A stretch of 64,000 nucleotides of DNA from assembly GCA_016176785.1 (NCBI GenBank), contig JACOWN010000005.1, positions 1,202 to 65,201 of the forward strand, in the 5' to 3' direction. The notes below the pieces were generated by a model. The model was not told where the DNA came from and did not search any database. It worked only from the letters and a program-made list of their open reading frames with translations. Shown piece after piece: positions 17,736 to 27,819 of the stretch (position 1 is its first letter; each line of letters starts with the position of its first letter). The stretch comes from Parcubacteria group bacterium. Its GTDB lineage: Bacteria; Patescibacteriota; Minisyncoccia; Phycocordibacterales; UBA2135. Position numbers and translations under genes: made by a program.

Positions 17736-20243
17736 ATGGCAAACCGGCACAACCGCACGAGAAATCTAACCCTCTTTTCGGCAGCCGTCGGTCTTTTTTT
17801 CACCGGCGCCCTTTTTTTGTGGGCGGCCACACTCTCTCTTCCCGACCTGGCGACCGTTCAGGAACGCAAGTTAAGCGAATCAACGAAAATCTACGACCGA
17901 ACCGGCGAAGTGCTCCTGTACGACGTTTACCGCGACAAACAGCGAACGCTCGTGCCGCTTGACCAGATCTCACGCCATTTGAAAAACGCGACGGTCGCCA
18001 TTGAAGACGCCGAGTTTTATCATCACCGCGGCATTAAGCCGACCGCTATCCTCCGCGCCTTGTTCGTGAACATCGGTTCGTTCGGTTTTGAGCAAGGCGG
18101 GTCAACCATTACGCAGCAGGTCGTCAAAAACTCAATTCTGACAAATGAAAAAACCATCGCGCGGAAACTGAAAGAGTGGATCTTGGCGCTCAAACTTGAG
18201 CGTGCGGCGAGCAAGGACAAAATCCTTGAATTATACCTGAACGAGGTTCCGTACGGCGGCAGCATCTACGGAGCCGAGGAGGCAAGCCGCACGTTTTTTG
18301 ACAAGGGAGCGGCCGATATTTCGCTCGCCGAAGCCGCATACCTCGCGGCGTTGCCGCAAGCGCCCACATTTTACTCCCCGTTCGGGAACAATACGGAAAA
18401 ACTTGAGGAACGAAAAAATCTTGTGCTTGAAAAAATGCGCGAGTACGACTTCATCACCGACGAAGAACTTGCTTCCGCGCGAACGGAAAACGTTTCGTTC
18501 CAGCCCCAGTCGACGCTCGGCATCAGGGCGCCCCACTTCGTTTTTTACGTTCTCGGGCAACTTGAGAAAAAATACGGCCGCGACGCCGTTGAAACCGGCG
18601 GGTTGCGCGTGGTGACGACGCTTGATTACGCGCTCCAAGAAAAAGCGGAGGACATCGTACGGCGATATGCGGAAGAAAATACCAAGAACTTTGACGCGTC
18701 AAACGCCGGGCTTATTGCGATTGAGCCGGCAACGGGGCAGATCCTCGTGATGGTCGGGTCAAAGTACTATTTTGCGGAGGATATTGACGGCAATTTTAAC
18801 GTTACCATCCAGCCGAACAGGCAGCCGGGTTCCGCGTTCAAGCCGTTCGTTTATGCGACGGCGTTCATGAAGGGGTACACCCCCGAGACGGTGGTCTTTG
18901 ACCTTAAAACGCAATTTAATACGCGGTGCGACGCGGACGGCAAGCCGCTTTTCCCTTCGGTCAAAGAAGACGAATGCTATATGCCGGGCAACTATGACGA
19001 GGTTTTTCGCGGGCCCATAACATTCCGCGAGGCGCTCGCGCAATCCATTAACGTCCCCGCCGTCAAAGTTTTGTACCTCGCGGGACTCCGGGATTCGCTT
19101 ACGACGGCGCGGCGCATGGGCATCACCAGTTTGAACGACCCCGACCGATACGGGCTGACGCTCGTCCTCGGCGGCGGCGAAGTGTCCGTTCTGGAACTGA
19201 CGTCGGCATATTCGGTATTCGCCAACGAGGGAGAACGCAACGCTCCTCAAACGATACTCCGCGTTGAACAAACAAACGGCACGTTGCTTGAACGTTTTAT
19301 CCCAGCCCCGCAGCGGGCAATTCCGAAAGAAATCGCACAGACCGTTACGGATATTTTGGCGGACAATAACGCTCGAACGCCCTCGTTTGGCGCATATTCG
19401 CCGCTCTATTTTCCGGGGAAAGACGTCGCGGCAAAAACGGGTACCACGAACGATTATCGCGACGCGTGGATCATCGGCTATACGCCGAATATCGCCGTCG
19501 GCGCTTGGGCCGGAAATAACGACAATTCTCCAATGGCGAAAAAAATCGCCGGCTTTATCGTCGCGCCGCTGTGGCACTCATTCATGGAAGAGGCGCTGGC
19601 AAGGACCCCGGACGCGCATTTTGTCCCGCCGGACCAGCCGCCGGACGAAAATATCAAGCCGGTTCTCCGCGGCGTCTGGCAAGGCAACACGTCGTACAGC
19701 ATTGATTCGGTGAGCGGAAACCTGGCGACCGTGTATACCCCCGACGAGACCAAAACGGAAAAATTCGTCGTTGACGTCCACACCATCTTGCGCTGGGTAG
19801 ACCGCGCAAATCCCCGCGGCGCCGTGCCCGACCATCCGGAAAACGACCCGCAGTTCGCGCTGTGGGAAAAGCCCGTTCGCGAGTGGGTTGCTTCAAAAAA
19901 TATCCGCGAGGGAGCACCCCAAAACGTGCCGACGGCGTACGACACCGTCCATTCCCCCGACTTCGCCCCAAAAATTAAGATCGTCGGAGTTGACGCGAGC
20001 CGCCTCTATGAACCGAACGAGCGCGTCGTCTTCCGCGTGGAGAGTGCGGGAAAGTTCCCGCTCGCCCGTGCCGACGTTTTTGTCAACAATGCGTATGTCG
20101 GCTCAATAAATAAAAGCCCGTTCGTTTTTTCGTTCGCGATTCCCGACAGAGCCGCCAAAAATAACCCGAATACGCTTCGGGTCGTCGGCTACGACACCGT
20201 TAAAAACAAAGGGGAGGCATCCGTTTCGTTCCTCGCCAACTAG
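17736..20243 (+). CDS. Class A penicillin-binding protein (glycosyltransferase + transpeptidase) with C-terminal extension
   Basis: N-terminal TM. GT51 motifs EDAEFYHHRGI and GGSTITQQVVKN. Transpeptidase SxxK (GSAFKP), SxN and KTGT (KTGTTND). About 150 aa extra C-terminal domain. Confidence 0.9.
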   Translation: MANRHNRTRNLTLFSAAVGLFFTGALFLWAATLSLPDLATVQERKLSESTKIYDRTGEVLLYDVYRDKQRTLVPLDQISRHLKNATVAIEDAEFYHHRGIKPTAILRALFVNIGSFGFEQGGSTITQQVVKNSILTNEKTIARKLKEWILALKLERAASKDKILELYLNEVPYGGSIYGAEEASRTFFDKGAADISLAEAAYLAALPQAPTFYSPFGNNTEKLEERKNLVLEKMREYDFITDEELASARTENVSFQPQSTLGIRAPHFVFYVLGQLEKKYGRDAVETGGLRVVTTLDYALQEKAEDIVRRYAEENTKNFDASNAGLIAIEPATGQILVMVGSKYYFAEDIDGNFNVTIQPNRQPGSAFKPFVYATAFMKGYTPETVVFDLKTQFNTRCDADGKPLFPSVKEDECYMPGNYDEVFRGPITFREALAQSINVPAVKVLYLAGLRDSLTTARRMGITSLNDPDRYGLTLVLGGGEVSVLELTSAYSVFANEGERNAPQTILRVEQTNGTLLERFIPAPQRAIPKEIAQTVTDILADNNARTPSFGAYSPLYFPGKDVAAKTGTTNDYRDAWIIGYTPNIAVGAWAGNNDNSPMAKKIAGFIVAPLWHSFMEEALARTPDAHFVPPDQPPDENIKPVLRGVWQGNTSYSIDSVSGNLATVYTPDETKTEKFVVDVHTILRWVDRANPRGAVPDHPENDPQFALWEKPVREWVASKNIREGAPQNVPTAYDTVHSPDFAPKIKIVGVDASRLYEPNERVVFRVESAGKFPLARADVFVNNAYVGSINKSPFVFSFAIPDRAAKNNPNTLRVVGYDTVKNKGEASVSFLAN

Positions 20244-20521
20244 CGTTGCCGACCGGCGACTACCGGATGTCCTTGATCGGGACGGCGGGAAAAAGCGACT
20301 GCATTTTTTGGATAATACCTGATTTTTTTATGAACACCTCGCTTTTCGCGGGGATGTTTTTTGACAAAAAAAAGACGCCTCCGCGGAAGGCGATATCTTT
20401 TTTCGAAAGAGCAATACCCGTTTCTTCTTTAAGGCACGCGGCGCACGCAACGAGAAGCGCGTCATCGGGCGGCGCGATGTTCCTGAACTTTAAAAGATAC
20501 TGCGAAATGTTTTGGAACACG

Positions 20522-21619
20522 TTATGTGTTGAGCGGCATGACCAGTGCGGTAAACGACCGGTCGCCGACGTTCCGAACCACCACCGGCCGCGCTTCGCCG
20601 TTACACTGCAGCGAAACGCTGTCACTCGCGACCGACTGGAGACAGTCGGCAAGATACCGCTGATTAAAACGCAGCGTAACCGGTTCTCCGGAGAGCGCCG
20701 CGTCGAGAGAGACGGAGTGTTCGCCGATATCGGCGTTTTTTGAGGCAATGGTGAATTGCTTGGCGGACGGGTCTATCGTGAGCACGACCTGGTTGAATTT
20801 ATCCGCGAACAAATGCGACACCTTAAGCGCGTTAACGAGGTCTTGCTTCAACACGACCGCGTCCGTCGTGCTGGTTTTGGGAATAATTTGTTTGTAGTCG
20901 GGGAAAACCCCGTCAATCAAGCGTGACGTCAGGTATACCCCGTCATAGTGGAACGATATTTGATTTTTATCGCTCCGTATCATTACATCGCCGTTTTTAT
21001 CTTCAAACACGCGGATAATTTCCGCTACGTTTCTAAGGGGAACAAGAATTGAGAGGTCTTCTTTGTTGCCCTGAGACTGGATTTTCTTCTCAGATAAACG
21101 AAAAGAGTCGGTCGCGACGAATGTGCTGTATTCGGGATTGAGGGAAATGAAAACACTTGATATCTCAGGTTTTATGTCCGACGTTGATGCGCTGTACCAT
21201 ACCGATTTTAAGCCGTTCAAAAGCGTTTGAACGGGAAATGGGGATGTTTTTTCCGCTGATACAACGGGAAGTGTCGGAAAATCCTCGTACGGAAACCCTT
21301 TTATCAAAGAATTGTTTTTGCGGGTTTTTACAGATAAATTACCTTTTTCCTCCTCAAGAACGATATCATCTTCATTTATGTACGAGAGAAGGTTATTAAG
21401 AAGGTTCCCGGGAACGGCAATAATGCCTTCTTTTTTCATTTTCACCGGAACTTCAAATTCAATACCGATATCAAGGTTTGTTGAACGCACTTTTAACACG
21501 TCATCGCTTGCCAAAAGAAGGATGGTGCTCAAAATAGGCAGAGAAAGATTCTTTCCTGTCATTCGTTCCGCTCTTGAAACGGCATATTGCAGTTTATTTT
21601 TTGAGACGCTTATTTTCAT
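20522..21619 (-). CDS. dnaN: DNA polymerase III beta sliding clamp
   Basis: Three-domain clamp, N-terminus MKISVSKNKLQYAVSRAERMTGKN..., 365 aa, immediately downstream of dnaA. Confidence 0.9.
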   Translation of the reverse strand: MKISVSKNKLQYAVSRAERMTGKNLSLPILSTILLLASDDVLKVRSTNLDIGIEFEVPVKMKKEGIIAVPGNLLNNLLSYINEDDIVLEEEKGNLSVKTRKNNSLIKGFPYEDFPTLPVVSAEKTSPFPVQTLLNGLKSVWYSASTSDIKPEISSVFISLNPEYSTFVATDSFRLSEKKIQSQGNKEDLSILVPLRNVAEIIRVFEDKNGDVMIRSDKNQISFHYDGVYLTSRLIDGVFPDYKQIIPKTSTTDAVVLKQDLVNALKVSHLFADKFNQVVLTIDPSAKQFTIASKNADIGEHSVSLDAALSGEPVTLRFNQRYLADCLQSVASDSVSLQCNGEARPVVVRNVGDRSFTALVMPLNT

Positions 21620-21877
21620 AATAATAAAAAATATTTATATAAAAGGATTTTTATTATGATATATCTGTTGATATGTAGATAAGTGGGATTATTTTTACCA
21701 AATTATGCATTTTTTGAACGATTTATTTTTTATATCCTGTTGAAAATATGTGTATAAAAAACATTCTGTATTTTGAAACAACAGGATAATTTATTTTTTC
21801 ATATTATAAAAAATTTTTTTCAACACAGTATCAACAGAAAAAAGTTTCTTATGCACACACTTACGCACAGAAGGAAA
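21620..21877. promoter_or_regulatory. Candidate replication origin / DNA-unwinding region in the dnaA-dnaN spacer
   Basis: 258-bp strongly AT-rich spacer in a 60% GC genome. DnaA-box-like TGTaGATAA (21674-21682) and TTATCCtgT (revcomp at 21781-21789). Inverted CTGTTGAAA/TTTGAAACAACAG repeats. Confidence 0.45.
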
Positions 21878-23254
21878 TTACTGCTGTTGCGCGAACAGAG
21901 ACCGTATTCGTTCCAACTCATCCACAAGAACTGTATCTTTTTTAAGGTCGTTTTTTATTTTGTCGCATGAATGAATAACGGTTGTATGGTCACGTCCGCC
22001 GAGGCGCTGGCCGATGGTCGGGAACGAAATACTCAGATCCTCGCGAAGAATGTACATAATGATTTGCCGCGGTTTTACGATCTCTTTTTTTCGCGTCTTC
22101 TCATAGATGGTTGATTTTTCAATGTTATAGAACTCCGACACGACGTGCACAATATCTTCAACGGAGAGCGTTTTTCTCGGTTTCTCGTTGTTTTTAAGGA
22201 GTGTTTTAACTTCAAGCAAGGCAAGGTCCCGATTTTTGAGCTGCGCTTGGCATACGAGGGCGTTTAAAAGACCTTCAAGCTCCCTGATGCTCCCCTTTAT
22301 GTTTGAGGCGATATATTCAATGATCTCGTCGGACGGGCTAAAGTTGATGTGGCGTGACTTTGTCTTCAAAATAGCGACACGTGATTCAAAATCGGGGTCG
22401 GAGATATCAACTATCATCCCGGCGCCGAACCTGGATTTCAGCCGCTCCTCAAGATTTCCAATGAAATTATAATGCTTGTCCGAAGAAAAAATAATCTGCT
22501 TGTTGTTGTCATACAGCGTGTTGAAGAGATGGAACAGCTCGTCTTGCGTCCCCTGCTTCCCCGAAAGAAATTGAATGTCGTCCATGATAAAAACGTCATA
22601 CTTCCGGTATTTTTCTTTGAAAACGTTGATTTTATTGGCTTGGACGGATGTAATGAGGTCAAGATAGAATTTTTCCGAAGTAATATAGAATACTTTCTTG
22701 TCCCCGTACATCTCTTTAATTTTGTTGCCCGTCGCCTGGAGAAGGTGCGTCTTGCCGAGTCCGGTGCCGCCGTACACAAAGAGCGGGTTGTAAACCGAGC
22801 CGACACTCTTCATGATCGCTTGCGTCGCGGTGTAGGCAAGCTCGTTGAACGGCCCGACAACGAACGTGTCAAACGTATAACGCGGATTCAGATTGTCATC
22901 CTTGTTGATATACAGGTCTTTGAGAGGGAGCTCGCCGTAGAGCTGCGGCGCCGATTCCGCAAAGCCGGGCTTTTGCTGTTCGGTTTTTGAAATAACGATA
23001 TAGTCAATGCCGCGTATGTTTTCGCTGATCATGCGGAGCGATTTGAGGATGAATTTGTGGTACTTGTTTTGAAGCCACTCTTTAACAAACCCGTTCGGCA
23101 CGCCAAGATATACGACGCCGTCCGCCTCTTTGACGATAGAAGTGTTTTTGAACCATGTCGTAAAATTTGCCCGCGAAACGGCGCGTTCAATGTCCGCAAG
23201 AGCCGCATCCCACAACTGTTTGGTGTCGGAGATGTTGTGTTCTTGTTCTGGCAT
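21878..23254 (-). CDS. dnaA: Chromosomal replication initiator DnaA
   Basis: AAA+ Walker A GGTGLGKTHLLQATGN, Walker B IFIMDDIQFL, sensor/box VII, C-terminal DnaA-box binding HTH (DHTTVIHSCDKI). Confidence 0.93.
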   Translation of the reverse strand: MPEQEHNISDTKQLWDAALADIERAVSRANFTTWFKNTSIVKEADGVVYLGVPNGFVKEWLQNKYHKFILKSLRMISENIRGIDYIVISKTEQQKPGFAESAPQLYGELPLKDLYINKDDNLNPRYTFDTFVVGPFNELAYTATQAIMKSVGSVYNPLFVYGGTGLGKTHLLQATGNKIKEMYGDKKVFYITSEKFYLDLITSVQANKINVFKEKYRKYDVFIMDDIQFLSGKQGTQDELFHLFNTLYDNNKQIIFSSDKHYNFIGNLEERLKSRFGAGMIVDISDPDFESRVAILKTKSRHINFSPSDEIIEYIASNIKGSIRELEGLLNALVCQAQLKNRDLALLEVKTLLKNNEKPRKTLSVEDIVHVVSEFYNIEKSTIYEKTRKKEIVKPRQIIMYILREDLSISFPTIGQRLGGRDHTTVIHSCDKIKNDLKKDTVLVDELERIRSLFAQQQ

Positions 23255-23299
23255 GTTGGTGTGATGAATGAAAAATTTTTAGCGAGCGTCTCCGGCGAG

Positions 23300-23420
23300 A
23301 ATGCATTTCCTTTTATCCAATTATATAGCACGTTCCACGCGATGAAACTTGTTAAAAGTGCAATAGTATGTTGATAATCTGTTTATAAACTGTGGACAGT
23401 GTTCATACGCGCATCCAGTT
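23300..23420. promoter_or_regulatory. dnaA upstream region with DnaA-box-like 9-mers
   Basis: TTATCCAAT, TGTtGATAA and TGTGGAcAG-type matches read in 23305-23400. Divergent from rpmH. Confidence 0.35.
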
Positions 23421-23461
23421 CCGTTTTGACTTTGCCTGATTTTGTTATACACTCAATACTA

Positions 23462-23596
23462 ATGTCAAAAACATACCAACCAAAACGCAAGAAAAGAAAA
23501 CGCACCCACGGTTTTCTTATCCGTATGCAGAAAAGCGGCGGGCGAAGAACGGTCCTGAGACGGCGGCGGAAGAGGCGCGCCCGTTTATCCGTTTAA
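23462..23596 (+). CDS. rpmH: 50S ribosomal protein L34
   Basis: [44 protein letters not shown] matches the canonical L34 pattern. The track ORF starts upstream at 23399. Confidence 0.9.
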   Translation: MSKTYQPKRKKRKRTHGFLIRMQKSGGRRTVLRRRRKRRARLSV

Positions 23597-23612
23597 GCGG
23601 GTCCTCCTCCCT

Positions 23613-23987
23613 GTGCTTTCTCGAAAACACAAGGTGCCGCGCGGCGTTTTCCCGAAAGTTCTGCGTTCGGGACGCACGAAACACGGCACATACGTAACGC
23701 TGAGGGTCTCTTCCGCCGCCTCATGCAAGGGCCAACCGGCCGCGGTGTCGTTCGTGGTGCCGAAATCGGTTGCGCGAACCGCCGTCCAAAGAAATCGCCT
23801 CAAGAGGCGCGGATACGCCGCAGTTCTGAAAATCCTCCCCCGCCTTGCGCCGTGCCTTTCCTGCGTTTTCTTTTTCAAAAAAGGCGTTCCGGAGCCGCCG
23901 TATCGCGCGCTTGAAGGCGACCTGGAGGCGCTCTTGAAAGACGCCGGGGGTTTTCTCGCCGAAAAACGCCATGCAGAAAATATTTGA
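23613..23987 (+). CDS. rnpA: RNase P protein component
   Basis: Basic ~120 aa protein with the RNR motif (RNRLKRR) and conserved rpmH-rnpA-yidD-yidC synteny. Confidence 0.82.
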   Translation: MLSRKHKVPRGVFPKVLRSGRTKHGTYVTLRVSSAASCKGQPAAVSFVVPKSVARTAVQRNRLKRRGYAAVLKILPRLAPCLSCVFFFKKGVPEPPYRALEGDLEALLKDAGGFLAEKRHAENI

Positions 23988-24201
23988 AACGTGCATACGG
24001 GCGTACCAAATGGCGCTTTCACCTGATACCGGTTTTCTTTTTGGGCGGAGGAACCGGCAGGCGTGCCCTTTCTATCCATCGTGCTCGGAATACGCGGTTC
24101 TGGCGATGAAAAAGCACGGAATTTGGAGCGGAGCGGCAAGGGCTTTATGGCGTATTATGCGATGCCACCCGTGGCGGCAGCCGGCGGTTGATAAACCGTA
24201 G
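23971..24201 (+). CDS. yidD: Membrane protein insertion efficiency factor YidD
   Basis: CPFYPSCSEYA signature. 76 aa. Overlaps the rnpA end as usual. Confidence 0.85.
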   Translation: MQKIFETCIRAYQMALSPDTGFLFGRRNRQACPFYPSCSEYAVLAMKKHGIWSGAARALWRIMRCHPWRQPAVDKP

Positions 24202-24238
24202 GTTTGCGGAACGCGCCTCCGCGGCTTACAATACAAAA

Positions 24239-24997
24239 ATGATAAGCAGTGCGTTTAACGCCGTTTTGTACCAGCCGTTGTATAACGGTCTTGTTTTTTT
24301 GACGTCGATCGTGCCGTTCGGCGACGTGGGAATCGCCATTATCGTTTTGACGCTCATTGTTAAGTTCGCCATTTCTCCTCTCACCCACAAATCAACGAAA
24401 ACGCAGGTGCGCTTGCGTTCTCTTGAGCCGGAAATAGAGCGCGTGAAAGCGGAGCACAAAGACGACAAACAGAAGCAGTCGGAGCGTGTTATGGAATTGT
24501 ATCGCCAGCACGGCGTCAACCCCTTCTCCGGTTGCCTTTTGTTCATCATTCAACTCCCCATCCTTATCGCTTTGTACTGGACGTTTTGGAAGGGGCTTGC
24601 GAACGGCGGCTTTGACTCGTCCGTTCTGTATTCTTTCGTCAGCGCGCCCGATACGGTGAACATGAACTTTTTGGGCCTCATTGACATGTCGGGGAAAAGC
24701 GTCGTGCTCGCGTTGCTCGCCGGACTTTCCCAATATGTCCAGGTGAAGCTCTCCTCTCCGCTTCCGTCTGCCGCCCCGCGGACGGGCGGCCCCCTCTCGC
24801 TTAAGGAAGAGTTCGCGCGAAGCATGCAGATCCAGATGCGTTACGGCTTGCCGATTTTTGTCGCCGTTATCTCGTACACCATCTCGGCGGCGGTGGCGTT
24901 GTATTGGACGACCTCAAACCTGTTCACCATCATCCACGAATTCATCGTGCGCTATCGCGCCGAGCAGATCACAAAATCTCCGCCGAAGGAGGACTGA
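24239..24997 (+). CDS. yidC: YidC/Oxa1-family membrane insertase (short form, no large periplasmic domain)
   Basis: Five-TM core, conserved PLxxKS motif (ISPLTHKST), LQxxxxxxxP hairpin region, C-terminal basic tail. Start at MISSAFN inside the track ORF from 24188. Confidence 0.82.
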   Translation: MISSAFNAVLYQPLYNGLVFLTSIVPFGDVGIAIIVLTLIVKFAISPLTHKSTKTQVRLRSLEPEIERVKAEHKDDKQKQSERVMELYRQHGVNPFSGCLLFIIQLPILIALYWTFWKGLANGGFDSSVLYSFVSAPDTVNMNFLGLIDMSGKSVVLALLAGLSQYVQVKLSSPLPSAAPRTGGPLSLKEEFARSMQIQMRYGLPIFVAVISYTISAAVALYWTTSNLFTIIHEFIVRYRAEQITKSPPKED

Positions 24998-25148
24998 CAA
25001 AGGGGTATGACCGCGCCGCGCGAGCCCGCCCGAGAGGGCCTTTTTAATTACCGCGCCCTCGCTCCGGAGCGTCCCGAGGCGAGGATGCCCGGCTCTTCAC
25101 AAAAGCTCTTTTTTACGGTAAGGTATCTTTTGTGAGCGTACGGACCCT

Positions 25149-25628
25149 ATGGAACAGTCATTTATTAAAGAAACCGTTGAGCAACTGCTTCTAAAACTCT
25201 GCGTCAACGCGCGCTTTTTGGGCGTTTCCGAGCTGAATAACGGAGAAATTTTAAAGTTTTCGGTGACGACCGACGAGCCGTATCTTCTGGTCGGCGACGG
25301 CGGTCGCGCCCTCATGGCGCTGAACCATGTGATGAAGAAGATCTACGAGCGGCAGCGGGAAAAAAAATCGCTCGGCGAGTGTAATTTCATGATTGACGTG
25401 AACGATTATCAGGAACGCCGCATCGGCGAATTGCGGACGAAGGCGACCATTATGGCGGAGCGCGCCCGTTTTTTCAAAAGCAACGTTGAGTTGGACCCCA
25501 TGAACCCGTATGAGCGCATGATCGTGCATTCGTTTTTCTCCGGCGTGCCGGACATAGAAACCGAATCAACCGGCGAAGGCCGCGACCGGCGCGTCGTCAT
25601 CAAATACATAGAGAGCCCCTTGTTCTAA
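25149..25628 (+). CDS. jag: Jag/KhpB-family RNA-binding protein (KH + R3H domains)
   Basis: Synteny after yidC. R3H motif region MNPYERMIVHSF. KH-like N-terminal part. Confidence 0.72.
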   Translation: MEQSFIKETVEQLLLKLCVNARFLGVSELNNGEILKFSVTTDEPYLLVGDGGRALMALNHVMKKIYERQREKKSLGECNFMIDVNDYQERRIGELRTKATIMAERARFFKSNVELDPMNPYERMIVHSFFSGVPDIETESTGEGRDRRVVIKYIESPLF

Positions 25629-25639
25629 AAATCCCCGAA

Positions 25640-26881
25640 CTAGCGTTCGGGGATTTTTAAGCTCCACAACGTGCCGTCGCGTTTGTTCGTGAAGAAGAAA
25701 TATGTTCCATCCGGGTCAAGAAAAGGATTCGTGACGTCAACGGTCGCGCCGCCGAACTCGCGCGGAACGGCAAGCAGCGCCGCTTCGCCGGTCTCCGCGT
25801 CAATTTTCCATATAACGTCGTCAAAAAACATCGCTCCTTGGTACCACTCGTCGGGGAATGCTCCGTCCGGCACAACCCCGGGCGCTCCGCACAGGAGCGT
25901 AGACGAATTGCCGCCGCGCCAGACGCATTTCTCCGGCAGTGTAATGACGGGAAAGGGCTCCGACGTCGCCTCTTTGCGGCGGAAAAGGAAGGTTTCCAAA
26001 GTCCGTCCCGCGCTTGAGGAGTAGAGCACCGCGTCTCCTTTCGGCGCGGAAAGAGTCAAAAGTCCGGAAACCGGCCCGAGTATTTTCTCCGTCCTGCCGG
26101 TCTGCGGATTTAAAAAATAGAGGATTCCTCGGAAGCCGCTTGCCGCTTTGGTGGTGAGGGCTACCGCATCCTTATTGACCCACTGCGTCGTCCATTCGCG
26201 GACCGGCATGTCAAACACCTGACGCGGCCGCGCGCCGTCAAACCGCGTAACGGTTCCAAGCGCCGATATCCCGAACTCGGTAACGGAGAAAAGCGCGTCC
26301 GCATCCGGCTGTGCCGCAAGGGAGGTAATGCCGTCGGCGAGAAACACTCCGTCAAGTTTGCCGAGTTGCTGCGCCGCGGGCTCCGCGGCGACGATCTGCG
26401 CGGAAAAGCTCTTGATCACGTCGTTCGCATCCAAATAACGAGCGACGAACCGCGCGCCGCCGCTTTGCCACACGGTTTCATAAATGCCGGGCAACGTCGT
26501 ATTCGTAACGCGCACGCGTTCGTTCGTTTCAAGATTGACATCAAACACGTTCCCCGAAGCGCGGTCAACGTAGCGCGCATACAGCGCCTTGTTTCGGGTA
26601 ACCGTTGTTGCGCCGGCTATGGGCGCGCGCGTCAGCTGGCGAAGCTCCGGTACCTCCCCGTCCCCGAGCGCGGTCTCATCCGCCGCGGTTCCTTCTTCCG
26701 CCCCCCCCAACGGACGCCCGAACGAAACATCCTGCGGTGGCGCGCCGAACGGCAGGAAATCGCGGAGCGTTTCAACCGTCGTCTTTCCCGTGTCGCGCGA
26801 AATGTAATATGCCGCGCCGAAAAGCCCTGCGGCAAGCGCCACTATGGTGAAGGTGATTATGGCGATGGTTTTTCGGGTCAT
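25640..26881 (-). CDS. Secreted beta-propeller-like hypothetical protein (N-terminal TM anchor)
   Basis: Start at MTRKTIAIITFTIVALAAGLF (codon 26879-26881). Repetitive beta-rich sequence reminiscent of TolB/PD40 propeller. Last gene of the minus-strand T4SS-like block. Confidence 0.4.
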   Translation of the reverse strand: MTRKTIAIITFTIVALAAGLFGAAYYISRDTGKTTVETLRDFLPFGAPPQDVSFGRPLGGAEEGTAADETALGDGEVPELRQLTRAPIAGATTVTRNKALYARYVDRASGNVFDVNLETNERVRVTNTTLPGIYETVWQSGGARFVARYLDANDVIKSFSAQIVAAEPAAQQLGKLDGVFLADGITSLAAQPDADALFSVTEFGISALGTVTRFDGARPRQVFDMPVREWTTQWVNKDAVALTTKAASGFRGILYFLNPQTGRTEKILGPVSGLLTLSAPKGDAVLYSSSAGRTLETFLFRRKEATSEPFPVITLPEKCVWRGGNSSTLLCGAPGVVPDGAFPDEWYQGAMFFDDVIWKIDAETGEAALLAVPREFGGATVDVTNPFLDPDGTYFFFTNKRDGTLWSLKIPER

Positions 26882-26924
26882 ATTTTTGCGTCGGGTAAAA
26901 AGTCCGCGGCAGCGCAGTGCCACG

Positions 26925-27806
26925 CTATCTGGTTTGCAGAGGGATTTCGCACGCCGTTCGTCCGCCCGTGGCCGATGTGATTGCTCCTCCCTTTTTTGCG
27001 CACTGGTCCTCAAAAGATTTTAGGATTTTTGATTGAAGCGCACGCCGATCCGCCGCCGACGCGTTCTTATATTCCGGGGTTGCATAAAACAGGTTTACAT
27101 CAAGCACCCCGTCTACGCTTGTTCTGCGCACCTGTGCCAAACGGTTCTCCGAGGCATTTGGCGCGGTCACTGTTTTTTGCAGAAGAAGATCGGATTGTGT
27201 GGGTACAAGAACCAACTCTTGAAGCGTGATTTTCGGTACAACGATGCCGAGGTTCAGAAGATTCGGATTGACGGTGTTCAAAATAAGCCACGAGCCAAAA
27301 GCAAGCAAAAGCCCCCAGACGGCCGCCTGCATACGGTTCACGGCGGCCTTTTTCGTGTCAAACGCTTCGCTCAAAAGATATTCGGTGCCGCCCCAGACGA
27401 TCATCAAGACCGCAAGAATCCCTGCGGCGCCGATGACGAACTGAAATATGCGTCCCAAATATATTCCGAATGACGCATCCCCCGTCGCAACCTCTCCTAT
27501 GTCGCCGATCGGGGCAAGAAGCTTATAGCTTTTGCCGAAATCGCCGAACTCATCACTGCCGATCACCCGCGTTCCGCCCGAAGTCGGCTGACCGACATTT
27601 ACCGCGCCCCCAGTGCCTTGGACGGGCGGGGTAACGTCGATCGGGTCACCAAACTCATCAACTCTCTCCGTCCGCGTGTCTGTCGGGTCTCCAAATTCGT
27701 CCACCGCGCCCGTTTGCGCGTAAGCAAAAGGCATCGCGCCTCCAAGCGCCGCGAACATTACTGCGGCAGTCAACCCGTATGCGAAAATGTTTTTGAGCGA
27801 TGCCAT
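26925..27806 (-). CDS. Candidate pilin-like membrane protein with signal peptide, three DEFGD repeats and two TM helices
   Basis: Signal peptide MASLKNIFAYGLTAAVMFAALGGAMPFAYAQ. Repeats VDEFGDPTD / VDEFGDPID / SDEFGDFG. Hydrophobic pair IFQFVIGAAGILAVLMIVWGG and AAVWGLLLAFGSWLILNTVNPNLL, an arrangement like VirB2/TrbC pilins. The assignment is an inference. Confidence 0.4.
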   Translation of the reverse strand: MASLKNIFAYGLTAAVMFAALGGAMPFAYAQTGAVDEFGDPTDTRTERVDEFGDPIDVTPPVQGTGGAVNVGQPTSGGTRVIGSDEFGDFGKSYKLLAPIGDIGEVATGDASFGIYLGRIFQFVIGAAGILAVLMIVWGGTEYLLSEAFDTKKAAVNRMQAAVWGLLLAFGSWLILNTVNPNLLNLGIVVPKITLQELVLVPTQSDLLLQKTVTAPNASENRLAQVRRTSVDGVLDVNLFYATPEYKNASAADRRALQSKILKSFEDQCAKKGGAITSATGGRTACEIPLQTR

Positions 27807-27819
27807 GAGCGCGAGAGCG

